Of a DNA stretch of 64,000 nucleotides, positions 39,438 through 53,300 are shown piece after piece. The number at the start of each line of letters is the position of its first letter. Position 1 is the stretch's first letter. A model generated the notes under the pieces. The model searched no databases. It worked only from the letters and a program-made list of their open reading frames with translations, and was not told the origin of the DNA. Source of the DNA: an uncultured virus (IMG/VR IMGVR_UViG_3300042398_000857) (Duplodnaviria; Heunggongvirae; Uroviricota; Caudoviricetes); IMG/VR virus record IMGVR_UViG_3300042398_000857. The stretch is one strand, 5' to 3'. The position numbers and the translations under genes are program-made.

Positions 39438-41357
39438 CTATTTATTAAGTATGTTTTCTTGGAGATATTCAATCTGAACTTGACGTTCTTTAATTGCTTG
39501 TATTAGCAATGGAACCAATTTTGAATATTGAACAGTTAAATAATTTTCACCGGATTTGCTATAACCAGCAGCATCCATGTCAATTGGGGCTATGGTAACT
39601 GCTTCCGGCATAATTTTTTGTATTTCCTGTGCTATCACACCAACCTGATTTGAATAATCATAATATCCAAAAGTCTCTGCAAATTTGTTTTGTGTATACC
39701 GAACACCAGATATTTGATTGAGTAGGGTTAATGCGTTTTTTATTTCAATAATATTTTCTTTTAATCGTTTATCAGAATAAAATGCAGTAATGTCATTGGT
39801 TGCAACAATTTCCCCTATTGTACCAGTTGGTGATGTACCAACCCCTAATGAGTTAAAATTTTTAGAATCAGTGGTTGATATTAGGCCAGTAGCACCGGTG
39901 GCTCCTTGCAGTCCAGTTGCACCAGTTGCTCCGGTGGCTCCCTGTAGACCCGTTGCGCCTGTTGCACCCTGTGGACCGGTTGCACCCGTTGCGCCTGTTG
40001 CACCCTGTGGACCGGTTGCACCCGTTGCACCAGTATAGCCAGTTGCGCCTGTACCGCCATTAAACCCAGATGCACCGATTGCACCGGTTGAACCAGTATA
40101 TCCCAATACACCATTTGGTCCAGGTATTCCGGTTAATCCACGTGTTCCACTAGAGCCATTAATCCCATCTGATCCGACTGGTCCCTGTGTCCCGGTTGCA
40201 CCATTTGACCCGGTTGGGGTTAACCCTGTGGCACCGGTTGCACCGGTTGCGCCAGTAGCACCAGTAGCACCGGTTAATCCAACGTATATTAGTCCAGTTG
40301 CCCCTATTTTTCCAGTATTGCCAATATTACCCTGCGTTCCAGATGGCCCAGATGCTCCGGTAGCACCAATCCCCGATAATCCAATAGCGCCAGTATTTCC
40401 AGTTTGTCCTGTTATGCCAGTAGATCCTGTGTATCCGGTACCTATATTCCCTTGGTAACCGGTTGCGCCAGTTGATCCTTGGTATCCAATTGATCCGATA
40501 ACCCCAGGAACCAATGCTCCAAATAATCCAGTGATCCCTTTAACACCTGATGATCCAGAATTCCCGGATTGGCCGTTAAGTCCAGTTGCACCAACACTAA
40601 CCCCAGTTGCGCCATCAACCCCATTTGGACCGGCTACACCAGTGGCACCGGTTGTACCTGGAACTTGGCTACCAGGTATTCCAGTTGGACCAGTTAGTCC
40701 GGTAAACCCGGTTAGCCCAGTTACACCAATTGGGCCGGTTGCGCCATTTCCCGTTATTCCGATAATTCCATTGATACCGTCAACTCCATTTGGTCCAGTA
40801 ATACCGATATCGACAGATCCGGTTGCTCCTGTTTTACCAATATAGCCAGTTGCACCGGTTGTTCCTTGCAATCCCACGGTGGTTTCAGTACCATTATACC
40901 CTTCTGGGCCTTGATTACCAGTTTCACCATTATTACCGATAATGCCAATTACACCGGTTGAACCTTGTGTAATTTTGCCCATTAGCCCATTTGATCCAGT
41001 TAAACCAGAGACACCACTAATACCAGATGATCCGTATATTCTAAAACCAGATAACCCAATATTACCGGTGGTTCCGCTAGTAACACCAATACCGGTTGCG
41101 CCCTGTGGTCCGGTTGATCCAATGCCACCCAATAATCCATTTGGACCGGTGGCACCAGTTGGGCCAGACCCCGTTAATCCAATGCTGCCTTGTGCACCTA
41201 ATATTCCATTTGGTCCAGTGGCACCCCTATTACCATTTGCACCGGTTGCTCCTTTGAATATAGAAGGTGATCCAATCCAATTACCATCGGTGTCTATAAC
41301 ATCATCTGCACCAACAGTTAATCCATTTTTTATATCAAAACTAACTTTTATAGCCAT
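39438..41357 (-). CDS. Collagen-like fibre protein with C-terminal peptidase S74 intramolecular chaperone
   Basis: Interrupted G-X-Y (GAT-rich) repeats; [32 protein letters not shown]. Confidence 0.88.
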   Translation of the reverse strand: MAIKVSFDIKNGLTVGADDVIDTDGNWIGSPSIFKGATGANGNRGATGPNGILGAQGSIGLTGSGPTGATGPNGLLGGIGSTGPQGATGIGVTSGTTGNIGLSGFRIYGSSGISGVSGLTGSNGLMGKITQGSTGVIGIIGNNGETGNQGPEGYNGTETTVGLQGTTGATGYIGKTGATGSVDIGITGPNGVDGINGIIGITGNGATGPIGVTGLTGFTGLTGPTGIPGSQVPGTTGATGVAGPNGVDGATGVSVGATGLNGQSGNSGSSGVKGITGLFGALVPGVIGSIGYQGSTGATGYQGNIGTGYTGSTGITGQTGNTGAIGLSGIGATGASGPSGTQGNIGNTGKIGATGLIYVGLTGATGATGATGATGATGLTPTGSNGATGTQGPVGSDGINGSSGTRGLTGIPGPNGVLGYTGSTGAIGASGFNGGTGATGYTGATGATGPQGATGATGATGPQGATGATGLQGATGATGATGLQGATGATGLISTTDSKNFNSLGVGTSPTGTIGEIVATNDITAFYSDKRLKENIIEIKNALTLLNQISGVRYTQNKFAETFGYYDYSNQVGVIAQEIQKIMPEAVTIAPIDMDAAGYSKSGENYLTVQYSKLVPLLIQAIKERQVQIEYLQENILNK

Positions 41358-41359
41358 AA

Positions 41360-43309
<1,950 letters not shown>

Positions 43310-43336
43310 GGTTCACTATCCCCATTAATTACTTAT

Positions 43337-45022
43337 TTATACAGCTAATGACTGCCTTAATGTTTTGACGGTTGTTAAAGAATACACTGGTGTAAAATAT
43401 AAATTAACTGATCCGGCGGTAATTGTTGCATCAAATGACCCGAGTGACATATTTGTAAATATTTCTCCATATTGTGCTAGATATACAGTCCCGCCATCAT
43501 GAATTAATAATAATTCTATTACATGATATCTTATTGAATTTGTTATTTGTACAAGGTATTTTGCAGATCGGTAAGCAGCTGCCCCAAAAGTATCAATAGC
43601 TGTTTTAGTTGTATTACTAATACTGGTGACTGTTAAAATACCAGGTGTAGCAGATGTTAAAATGCTTCCATCTGGAAATCTGACACCAGATGAAGTTTCA
43701 ATGACACCATTAACCATTAATGCTGAACTATGTGAATTTATACTAGTACCAATTAATACGTTGCCGTTTAATTGTGTAACAGTAACTAAATTATTACCAA
43801 TGACTACTTGATTGTTTGCTGTAATTTGTGCACCATTACCAATCGCTGTTGAATTTGTTAACCCATCAACCGTTGCACCAGTTTGGTATCCAATAAATGT
43901 ATTATTCGAGCCAGACGTATTAGTAACTATTCCGATACCTACACCAGATAATGATCCTATTGCAACATTGTTTGACCCGGAAGTATTTTGGTTTAATGCT
44001 AAGACACCTGATGAAACATTTTCTCTACCAGTAGTGGTTGAGTATAGTGAGTTCGTTCCAATTGCTATATTATTACCACCAGATTGGGAATTATATAAAG
44101 CATTTGCACCAAACGCGGTATTATTAGCACCAGACATATTTGAATATAATGCACCATATCCAACTGAAGTATTATAATTTCCAATTGTTGTTGAATACGC
44201 AGAGCCAAACCCAACTGCTGTATTACCAGATGCAGTTAAGTTACTATATAATGAATTAGAACCAATACCAGTATTAAAATTACCAGTAGTATTTGAATGT
44301 AATGCATTTACACCGTTTGCAATATTATCAGATCCAGTTATATTAGATACTAATGTCTCAGCACCTATTGCAGTATTTTGAGAACCAGAAGTATTGACTG
44401 ATAATGCATAGCTACCAAGTGCTGTATTATTTAAACCAAAAGTGTTACTACTTAACGAATTATTACCAACGACCGTATTGGATATGACTGATGAATTTCC
44501 TAATCCAATACTTACATTATTAATTTTTGCATCCCCGTTAACTTCTAATCTATGAGTAGTTGGAGATTGTCCTATACCGACTTTACCATTTGAATCAATC
44601 AATAATGCAACAGTTGAATTTGTTGATAATCCTAATTTATTTGTACCAGCTAAATATAATCCATTAGATGGTACTGTTGAACCAGTTGGTACGAATCTTG
44701 CCGCTGTAACTTTTCCAGATACAGTAAGATCTGTTCCAGAAAATAATAAATTTTCAGTAGTACTAATTACACCAGTACTATCCAAATATAATATGCTATT
44801 ATTGATACCGTTTGAAAATGTAAACCCACCGGTAACTGGAATGTTAACAGTTCCAGAACCTTTTGGTGTTAATGTAATACTTATATCATCATCTATACCT
44901 TCGGCAGCAATGTCTACAGCATTTCCAGATGCACTTCCTTTTAAATGTATATAATTATCATAGTATGACCCAATAATAGCACCACTAGGTACATTAAAAT
45001 CTCTAATAGTAGTTGTTGACAT
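43337..45022 (-). CDS. Tail fibre/adhesin-like virion protein (561 aa)
   Basis: 14-residue NTAxGxxAL beta-roll repeats; C-terminal YRSAKY domain. Confidence 0.7.
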   Translation of the reverse strand: MSTTTIRDFNVPSGAIIGSYYDNYIHLKGSASGNAVDIAAEGIDDDISITLTPKGSGTVNIPVTGGFTFSNGINNSILYLDSTGVISTTENLLFSGTDLTVSGKVTAARFVPTGSTVPSNGLYLAGTNKLGLSTNSTVALLIDSNGKVGIGQSPTTHRLEVNGDAKINNVSIGLGNSSVISNTVVGNNSLSSNTFGLNNTALGSYALSVNTSGSQNTAIGAETLVSNITGSDNIANGVNALHSNTTGNFNTGIGSNSLYSNLTASGNTAVGFGSAYSTTIGNYNTSVGYGALYSNMSGANNTAFGANALYNSQSGGNNIAIGTNSLYSTTTGRENVSSGVLALNQNTSGSNNVAIGSLSGVGIGIVTNTSGSNNTFIGYQTGATVDGLTNSTAIGNGAQITANNQVVIGNNLVTVTQLNGNVLIGTSINSHSSALMVNGVIETSSGVRFPDGSILTSATPGILTVTSISNTTKTAIDTFGAAAYRSAKYLVQITNSIRYHVIELLLIHDGGTVYLAQYGEIFTNMSLGSFDATITAGSVNLYFTPVYSLTTVKTLRQSLAV

Positions 45023-45060
45023 CTGAATCCTTTTTAAAATATCGTACTATATATTTATAT

Positions 45061-45095
45061 AAAAAAGGGTGTTATCCATGATAGATAACACCCTT
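45061..45095 (-). terminator. Intrinsic terminator
   Basis: AAGGGTGTTATC/GATAACACCCTT stem with a T-tract on the minus strand. Confidence 0.8.
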
Positions 45096-45115
45096 GATAG
45101 TGTACTAATTAAGTA

Positions 45116-48100
45116 TTAAATATACTCAATCATTTCCTTTTCTATCTTAATTGTAGTTTTTTGGACTGCCCCCAATGCTGGGTTTGGTGCAACACTACTA
45201 ACGGTTGTTCCTGCATTCGCAGATAGTTGAATGTTATATGGAGCGGTTGCATTTGGTGCAGCTGTATATGTAACTATAGTACCGTTTGTTTCTAACACTG
45301 CATATTCAGTAATATAAATATTTGGTGTTCCAGATATTGCAATTGCACCAGTTGTACCGGTAAAGTTAGCACTCATTGTAGCGGTTGAACCAGATATACC
45401 AGTAATATAGGTATTAGCAGGTACACCAGCACCAGTTATATACATCCCTGGGTATAAAACACTTCCAGCATTTGTTGGTGTTGAGACCGTAAATGTTGCA
45501 GAACCATTTGTTAATGATGGACTAGCTGCATAAGTTGGATTAGCTACATATGCTTGCATAACCGTATTCAATGCCAATGTTGCAAGTGTGGTACCAATAG
45601 TTACAGAAACCCCTGCTGAAATTGCAGTAATAACACCAACACCAGTTGCAGATCCGGCAATAACATCCGTTGCAGGTGCAGCTGGTGTTAAAATTGAAAT
45701 AGTCATGCCAATATACAACCCATTTGTATTTGTAGTTGATATAGTTGCAGATCCTGATACAGCAGTAGTAATCATAAATATGCCAAATGGTGCATCATGT
45801 GTTACCAGTAATTCAGAACTTTGTGATCTAGTAGATGATGCCCCAATTTGATTTGCTTGTAATACATATTTTGCAGAACGATGTGTACTAGTCAAAAACA
45901 ACCCAGCTTCATTTGGATTAATTGCTGAAATATTTGTAATAGTACCAGCAGTTGGTGTTGATCCACCAGTTACTTGATAAGTAATGGTACGCCCAGTCAC
46001 GGCAGTAACTAATACAGATGTTGGTGTTCCACCATATAACGTACCAGCTCCATTGGTTGCAGTTAATGATGCACCAACCGCAATGTCATTCGTTGACCAA
46101 ACTCCATTACCAGATAAGGTAATAACAGCAGTCCATGGGCCAGTTCCGGTAATTGATCCAATAGTAGCGGTGATTGCGCCACTAGTTGGTACAATAGTAT
46201 CAATAACCAATGCTGAACCAGTAGTTGATCCCATATCAGCAATAGTTGTGTTAATTGAACCAGAGTTACTTAATACCCATGCAGCGGTAACAACCTCATT
46301 ACCAGATGCAGATTGGCTTGGAGTAACACCTAGTTTAACGACACCATTATTCCCAGTGGTTAATGATGATGGTCCTATTACGATACTACCGGACACACCT
46401 GTAAAGATATTAGCTGTACCTGTAGTTACATTTGTTGATAATGCAGCTGTACCAGTTATACCATTACCATTAATAGTTAATGTACTATTTGCAGTAGCTA
46501 AACCAATCGATACTGCTTGTCCGCCAACCGTAACTGCACCAGTTACACCAGTAAAAATATTTGCAGTACCGGTTGTAACATTGGTACCTATTGTAGCTAT
46601 ACCCGTTGTACCATTACCGTAAATATAAACAGTTGAGTTACCAGCATTTGTACCAGCATACACAGTTGTTGCTGCACCACCAATATTTACAGTGCCAGTT
46701 ACACTAGTAAAAATATTAGCAGTACCGGTTGTAACATTGGTACCTATTGTAGCTATACCCGTTGTACTATTTCCTCTAATATTTACAGTAGAATTACCAG
46801 TAGCTACGCCAACATTCATAGTTGATGCAATTCCACCGATATTTACAGTACCAGTTACACCAGTAAAAATATTTGCAGTACCAGTAGTTACATTGGATGT
46901 TATGGTGGCTATGCCTGTTGTGTCATTCCCTCTTATAGTTACTGTACTATTTGTGGTAATTGGCCCGACTGTTAAGTTACCGCCAGTTACAACAGCACCA
47001 GTGCCACTTAAATTAAGTGTTCCGGTTGTACCAGTAAATAAGTTAACAATACCTGATGTAACGTTAGATGTAACAGTTGCGGTACCAGCTGCACCGTTTG
47101 CATTGACAGTTAATGTTGTATTGTTACTGGTTGTACCAATTGTAGCATTACCTTGAGTAGTTAATACACCAACCGCAGTTGTACCGGTAGCTGCACCAAT
47201 AGTTATAGTACCAGTAATAGATGTAAATATATTTGCAGTACCAGTTGTAACATTTGTACTAACAGTTGCTGTACCACCAACTGCACCACCATAGATATAT
47301 ACGGTACCTGCACCAGAAGTTGAACCTAAGTTTAATGTGGTTGCAGCTGCTGCCGATTTAGCAAGGTTAATTGTTGTTGCAACATTAGCTAAATTTAATG
47401 TAGCCACATTTGCGCTGAATATATTTGCAGTAGTTACACCTGCTGTTCCTGCGATAGTTGCATTAGCTGCACCAGCTAATGTTAATGTTGTATTACCAGT
47501 AGCTTCGGTACCAATATTAAATGAGACCCCACCAGTACCAAAGTTAAAACTACCAGTTGCATTAACTGTTGGGAAGAAACTTACTCTTGTAGCAGCATTC
47601 GATGCATCTAATTTAGCTATTACCGAACTGTTTGGAGTAGTTGGAGTGCCTGAATTAAATTGAATAACATTGGTTGTTGCTACGCTTGATGTACTACCAA
47701 GGTAAACAACTGAATTATTAGTTGATCCACCAATATTAACACTAGTTAAATATGCACCTAAATTTAAGGAAGTATTAGATGAAGTGTTTGGTAAAGTAAA
47801 TGTAGCAGCTGGTGATATAATATTACCAGTAGTTAATGTTAAATTTCCAGTAACGGCTAATGTTCCACCTAAACTAGTATTACCGGCGGCGACTAGTAAC
47901 GCATATGGCGTAGTAATTGTTGCATTTCCAGTAGCTACAGGTGCATTAGCTATATATAATGATGAAGCAGTAGAATATGTTGCCGCCGAATAAGAATTGA
48001 TAGTTGTTTGACCAATTCTAACAATAGCAGCATTACCACTTGTCCCATTATTATCATAAATGGTTGAGTTTGGAACAGAAATTGCAGCACCTGTAGTTAC

Positions 48101-50368
48101 TGATAATTTACCACTTCCAGATGATGCATTAGGTAATGATGTACTAGGTACGGCATAAAGACCTGCGCCACGTATTGTCCCATACATTCCACTGAAAATA
48201 CCACTATTTAATGATGTTTCAGATCCTTCTTGATAGAATTCAAAAGATTGTGAGTCATTCGCCCAACCGGAAAATGCAAATCTATCAGAAAAAATAACAC
48301 GTCCAGAATTAAATGTTGCGATACTCAGTGCTGGTGTTGAGAAAGTAATACTTGCACTAGTTGAGCCATTTCCGGTTGCTGTTAAAACTTTTGTTGATGC
48401 CCCTGCTGGATATCCAGTAGTGTTGAATGCACTATTTGTATCAGTAAATCCGGCTAAACTAATTTGTGATCCAACAGTTAATAATGGCTGTGGTTGAGTG
48501 TTGGTGGCATTTGTGCTGAATGCATATGTAACAGTTGCTGTATAAGAACTAATAGTAGTACTTGAAACTGTACCTAAATCATTACTTAATGTCCATGTTG
48601 TACCAGATCCACTGACTATATACACGCCTATATTAGGACTAGATAACCCGGTATACCAGATATACTGACCAGCAGCGACACCGGTTCCAGATGAAAGTGT
48701 TAATACTGTACCAGAAATACTACCAGTTGTAGACCATGTTGATGAAATTGCTGCAGCAGATACTGAGCCAGCTGGAATTTCAGTTGCAATAGTTACTACC
48801 GGAATATTATTTGCAGTTAAAGCAGTTGTGGTACTATTAACATATGATACTGTACCAGATGATGATGCTGAAACAGAATATGTACCATTGTATCCGGCTG
48901 CGCTTGCACTAGTAATAGTAATCCATGAGTTTAACGCAGATGCACCTGACCCGGCCTGAACTGGCAATGTTAACCCATCGTGTGCTAATGTAAGAGTCAC
49001 TGTACCAGTATTTGTTGCCAATGATGCAACGGGGATATCTTTACCAGCTGCCGCTAATCCATTATTAAAATTATGATATTTTAAACCAGAATCTTTGCTG
49101 TTATTTGAAACGATAAATCCATTACCTGGTTTATTTAAATCTAAAACGGAGTCAGAATAATTAGCGTTTGTTGTTATTATATTGGTAAGTCCACCAGTTA
49201 CAGTAAATGTACCATTAACAAGTAAATTTCCGCCGATTTGAGTAGTACTAGAACTATTACCAATTAAAATATCAAGAACAGACGATGATGGTGAGTTTAA
49301 AATACCATATGATGTAACGCCGCTTGCGGAAGTTATACCAGTACCGGCAGTACCAGTACCACCAAGTGATGCGGAAAGATAATTAATAAATGTTGAATTT
49401 GGGTTACTTAAATCCAATTGTCCATAGGTTGGTGCCGTATTTAATCCATTAGATAACAGTACCTGCCCAACAGCAACATCATTTAACCCACCCAATGTAC
49501 CGAATGAGTCAGCGGCATAGATTAATGCACCCTTTGAGAATGCACCAGAAATACCACCGTTACTTGCTGCGATTTGTGCTGCGGATTCTGCCATCCAGGA
49601 TGATGATGATACCGCACTAAATCTAACAGTAGAATTGGCAGTTATTGCATAAAATGCGTTATTTGCTAAACCATTGATTGATGAAGCAACCCCTGCAGTA
49701 ACACTTGCAGCACTTAACTGGGTACTAGGTACTTTATCAACAGAAAATTGTGTTGAACTAATAACACTAACAATTTTTGTATTTGCAGCAAATACACCAG
49801 TACCACCCGTTACAGTAACAGGTAATCCTGCTTGTAAACCAGTGGTAGTACCAGAAGATAATGTAACTATTTTTTCTGCAGTTGTTCCGATGGCCCCGGA
49901 TGATGAACTAGTAGCAGATAATACAACTGGTGCTAATGGATATACATATATCGGGTTAGCTGTGTTGTTAATAATAACAGTTGATCTACCCGCAATTGGT
50001 GGAGGTAACGTAACACCATTGTATGGTGCCGTAGTTGCCGAGCTACTATTTACAAATGCTACATCCATAGTAACAGCGGTTGCTGTTCCTTGGGTTGTTC
50101 CAGCAGCAGTATATGTTGCGGTCATTGGGGTCATTGTAGAATCAGTATATGCAACTGTTCTTCTTACGATTGATGATCCCAATAACGCCGAATTAGTATT
50201 TGTTGAGTTACCTTCATTAACAAATAAATTATAACCATCCCATTCAACCGAACCATTGTTAAGTGCTGTTAAATTAACACCTGGTTGGAATGTCATTGGT
50301 GATTGAGAGGCTGTACCTGCTGGTAGACTAATACCAGTTCTAACTAAAAATTGTCTGTTCGTTGACAT
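45116..50368 (-). CDS. Very large T/G/S/A-rich fibre-like virion protein (1750 aa)
   Basis: Repeated NVTTGTANIFTGVTG units; split RSAKY C-terminal domain. Confidence 0.75.
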   Translation of the reverse strand: MSTNRQFLVRTGISLPAGTASQSPMTFQPGVNLTALNNGSVEWDGYNLFVNEGNSTNTNSALLGSSIVRRTVAYTDSTMTPMTATYTAAGTTQGTATAVTMDVAFVNSSSATTAPYNGVTLPPPIAGRSTVIINNTANPIYVYPLAPVVLSATSSSSGAIGTTAEKIVTLSSGTTTGLQAGLPVTVTGGTGVFAANTKIVSVISSTQFSVDKVPSTQLSAASVTAGVASSINGLANNAFYAITANSTVRFSAVSSSSWMAESAAQIAASNGGISGAFSKGALIYAADSFGTLGGLNDVAVGQVLLSNGLNTAPTYGQLDLSNPNSTFINYLSASLGGTGTAGTGITSASGVTSYGILNSPSSSVLDILIGNSSSTTQIGGNLLVNGTFTVTGGLTNIITTNANYSDSVLDLNKPGNGFIVSNNSKDSGLKYHNFNNGLAAAGKDIPVASLATNTGTVTLTLAHDGLTLPVQAGSGASALNSWITITSASAAGYNGTYSVSASSSGTVSYVNSTTTALTANNIPVVTIATEIPAGSVSAAAISSTWSTTGSISGTVLTLSSGTGVAAGQYIWYTGLSSPNIGVYIVSGSGTTWTLSNDLGTVSSTTISSYTATVTYAFSTNATNTQPQPLLTVGSQISLAGFTDTNSAFNTTGYPAGASTKVLTATGNGSTSASITFSTPALSIATFNSGRVIFSDRFAFSGWANDSQSFEFYQEGSETSLNSGIFSGMYGTIRGAGLYAVPSTSLPNASSGSGKLSVTTGAAISVPNSTIYDNNGTSGNAAIVRIGQTTINSYSAATYSTASSLYIANAPVATGNATITTPYALLVAAGNTSLGGTLAVTGNLTLTTGNIISPAATFTLPNTSSNTSLNLGAYLTSVNIGGSTNNSVVYLGSTSSVATTNVIQFNSGTPTTPNSSVIAKLDASNAATRVSFFPTVNATGSFNFGTGGVSFNIGTEATGNTTLTLAGAANATIAGTAGVTTANIFSANVATLNLANVATTINLAKSAAAATTLNLGSTSGAGTVYIYGGAVGGTATVSTNVTTGTANIFTSITGTITIGAATGTTAVGVLTTQGNATIGTTSNNTTLTVNANGAAGTATVTSNVTSGIVNLFTGTTGTLNLSGTGAVVTGGNLTVGPITTNSTVTIRGNDTTGIATITSNVTTGTANIFTGVTGTVNIGGIASTMNVGVATGNSTVNIRGNSTTGIATIGTNVTTGTANIFTSVTGTVNIGGAATTVYAGTNAGNSTVYIYGNGTTGIATIGTNVTTGTANIFTGVTGAVTVGGQAVSIGLATANSTLTINGNGITGTAALSTNVTTGTANIFTGVSGSIVIGPSSLTTGNNGVVKLGVTPSQSASGNEVVTAAWVLSNSGSINTTIADMGSTTGSALVIDTIVPTSGAITATIGSITGTGPWTAVITLSGNGVWSTNDIAVGASLTATNGAGTLYGGTPTSVLVTAVTGRTITYQVTGGSTPTAGTITNISAINPNEAGLFLTSTHRSAKYVLQANQIGASSTRSQSSELLVTHDAPFGIFMITTAVSGSATISTTNTNGLYIGMTISILTPAAPATDVIAGSATGVGVITAISAGVSVTIGTTLATLALNTVMQAYVANPTYAASPSLTNGSATFTVSTPTNAGSVLYPGMYITGAGVPANTYITGISGSTATMSANFTGTTGAIAISGTPNIYITEYAVLETNGTIVTYTAAPNATAPYNIQLSANAGTTVSSVAPNPALGAVQKTTIKIEKEMIEYI

Positions 50369-50392
50369 CCTATTGTCTCCTATATTCTATAT

Positions 50393-53300
50393 TTAGCTAT
50401 AAAACCTAAATAATGATACCGTCATATTACTAGTATAATTCGGTGTAAAAATCAAACTCACATTACCATCTACAATAGTTGCCGAAAAAAATCCCATTAT
50501 AGAATCAGTAAATTGGATACCATATTCAGTTAAGAAGATATCAGTTCCATCATGAACCAGTAATAAATCTTGGCCAGAAATAGAGAACGGAGTGGCATCC
50601 AAATCTTTAATTTTAATAATATACTTTGCCATATCAGCAAATGATGTTGTAAACGAATCTACAACGGTTGGTTCTCCATTAATTACTGGAACATCAATGG
50701 TAGAATCATATCTATCAGACGACACGATAGTAAATGACCCATGTGCAGGGGTTGTTCCACCTATAATTGTATTGTCAATAGTCCCACCAGTAATTTCAAC
50801 ATTATCGCTAATAACATTTGCTTCAATTGTTCCAATTGCACCAGTCACTATATTGTTAGTTATTGTTGCATTAGGGATGATGGTGAACGCATCAGATGAT
50901 TGTCTATACCCAAAAAATCCAGTTCTGTTTAATAATATATAAGTTGGTGTTAAATTATAAACCCCACTACCTAATTGGAATGTTACTGTAATATTAATTG
51001 AAGTTGAAGTAGGAGATGCAGTGCTAATAGCCCATGAATTATTTAATGAATCAGGTGTTGTTCCAATAAAAGTGATATAGTCATTTGTTGTAATACCAAG
51101 ATTTTCAACAGTATCATTAAATGTAACAACAGTTGTGTTAGTTGTTCCATCTGATGTTACAACTACTGAAACAACATGTGCTGTTAAATCAATATTGGTA
51201 TCAAATTTTACTCCAACATCATTTTCTGTATGAAGTGTATTTGCTTCTGGACCAACTGATATAATTGGGTCAACTACACGCAATGTACTTTGTGCTACCA
51301 ATGGTAATTGTGAACTAACCTGAGTTGATCCGACTGACAATGCATATGTTTGATTAGGATAAAATTTAATATCCCCATATATAGGATCTGCAGAAAGTGT
51401 AATAAAATTTGCATATTGCAAATGATTATTATTTTGATTGACCATCATTAACAATCTATTATCTTGATTATAGCCAATAGATAATGAAGGGGTTAATGCA
51501 ACTGTTGCATCATACATCGTTACGTTTGGCGATAATTCAGTAATATATGGTTGTGAACCAGTTTTTAAAGTACCATATAAATCGTTAAAATATCCTTTAT
51601 TCCATTTGAATGATGATGAACCAAGATTTATAATGTTAGTTGTTTCAGGTATAATACTTCCAACACCGGTTATACCAAGTTTTAGATTAGTATCTAATAC
51701 TGTATTTTTAATTATATTACCATTTATTGATATATTATCTACCTGCAAAGAGGTTAATATACCAAGACTAGTAATATTTGGTTGGGCTGCATTTGTAACA
51801 TCCGCCGCATGTAATGCAGTACCATTTAAGTCTCCATGAAACGTAGGTGCATGAACCCCGTACCCAACATAAAGCGTTTTAGCAATACCAACACCTCCGG
51901 CTACTTTAAATGCACCGGTTGATGGGGATGTACTATCAATTGTACTAGTAACTTGTACAGATCCTGTCCCAGATGTAGATAACAACATATCTCCATTTGT
52001 TATTACATTTTGAATCGTATCTTGTGAAATTAAAAAATTACCAATATTAACAGTTGGATAGGATTGACCGCCACCAACAACTTGATCAACATATGCTTTT
52101 GTTGCGACATCTTGTCCAGAGGTTGGATCGATCACGTTGGTAATCTTACTGTTTGATGCATTAATTACACCCGTTCCATTTGGGTTTAATACTAGGTTTT
52201 GATCAGTGTTTATACTACTAATAGCATTGCCATTAAATATTAAATCATTAATTTGTACAATACCTTGCACATTTCCACCACCAACCAATGGTAAATAATT
52301 ATTTTCTAAATATTTTGATACAGCATATTGTGTTGGAGTAGTGAATTGGTCTTTAAATCCGGTACTAGAAATAAGTCCAATATCGTTACTAATTTCTTTA
52401 AGCTGTACACCAGATGGTACACCATCTCTAATCAATGGCCCAATAGCACCAACATTAGTAAAATTAAACGTACTAGCATTCATAGTAGTGGTATTAGTAA
52501 TCATATTGATAGAAAATACATTACCAACTTGGTATGTTCCACCTTGATCAATGCTAGAATAATATATTCTTCCAGTATTATTTTCAGTAATTTGATTATT
52601 TTGATTTGCCGCACCATTATTAGTTGGTAATGCATTGTAAGTTACACCAGATCCAACAAAATTAAATTTGTGGCTATTCGCAGTAATTACACTAGAGAAG
52701 TAAAATTTTGCAGTCCAATTAGATAACACATATGGTAATTCTGGGTATGCTTTAATAAATGAGTTTGTTCCAATAATAGGAGTTGTATTTGTTATCAGTA
52801 GATAATTTGGGTTTCCTCCAAAATGTACAGCGGTACCAGTAATAGGAGATTGTGTTAAACTTCCAACTGGTATTTCGGATACCCCAGATATACTAGCAAT
52901 CGCAATTGCTGCGGTTGTACTACTTCCAACAAATTGTATTGGCGGAATAGTGGTGTATCCACTACCTTGATTTGTAATAACCACATTAGTTACAGACCCA
53001 TCTGATATAACTGAATACCCACTTGCAACAGTCCCAGTATATAATAAAACTGCACCACCGTTATTTTCACTTCCAGAAGTATGGATTGGTGGGGATATAA
53101 TATCAAGAATACCAGTAGTTGTAACCAAATATAATCTGGTTTCGTAGTATATTTGAGTATTAGCTAAAACTGTAGCCCCTGCTTGCCACTCAGTACCAAT
53201 TTTAATTTCAGGAGCAACAAGGTAATCAGTGCCGCCATCAGTTATCGAAATTGCACTTAGAAAACTGAATAATGATTGACTAACAATAGCATTATCCACA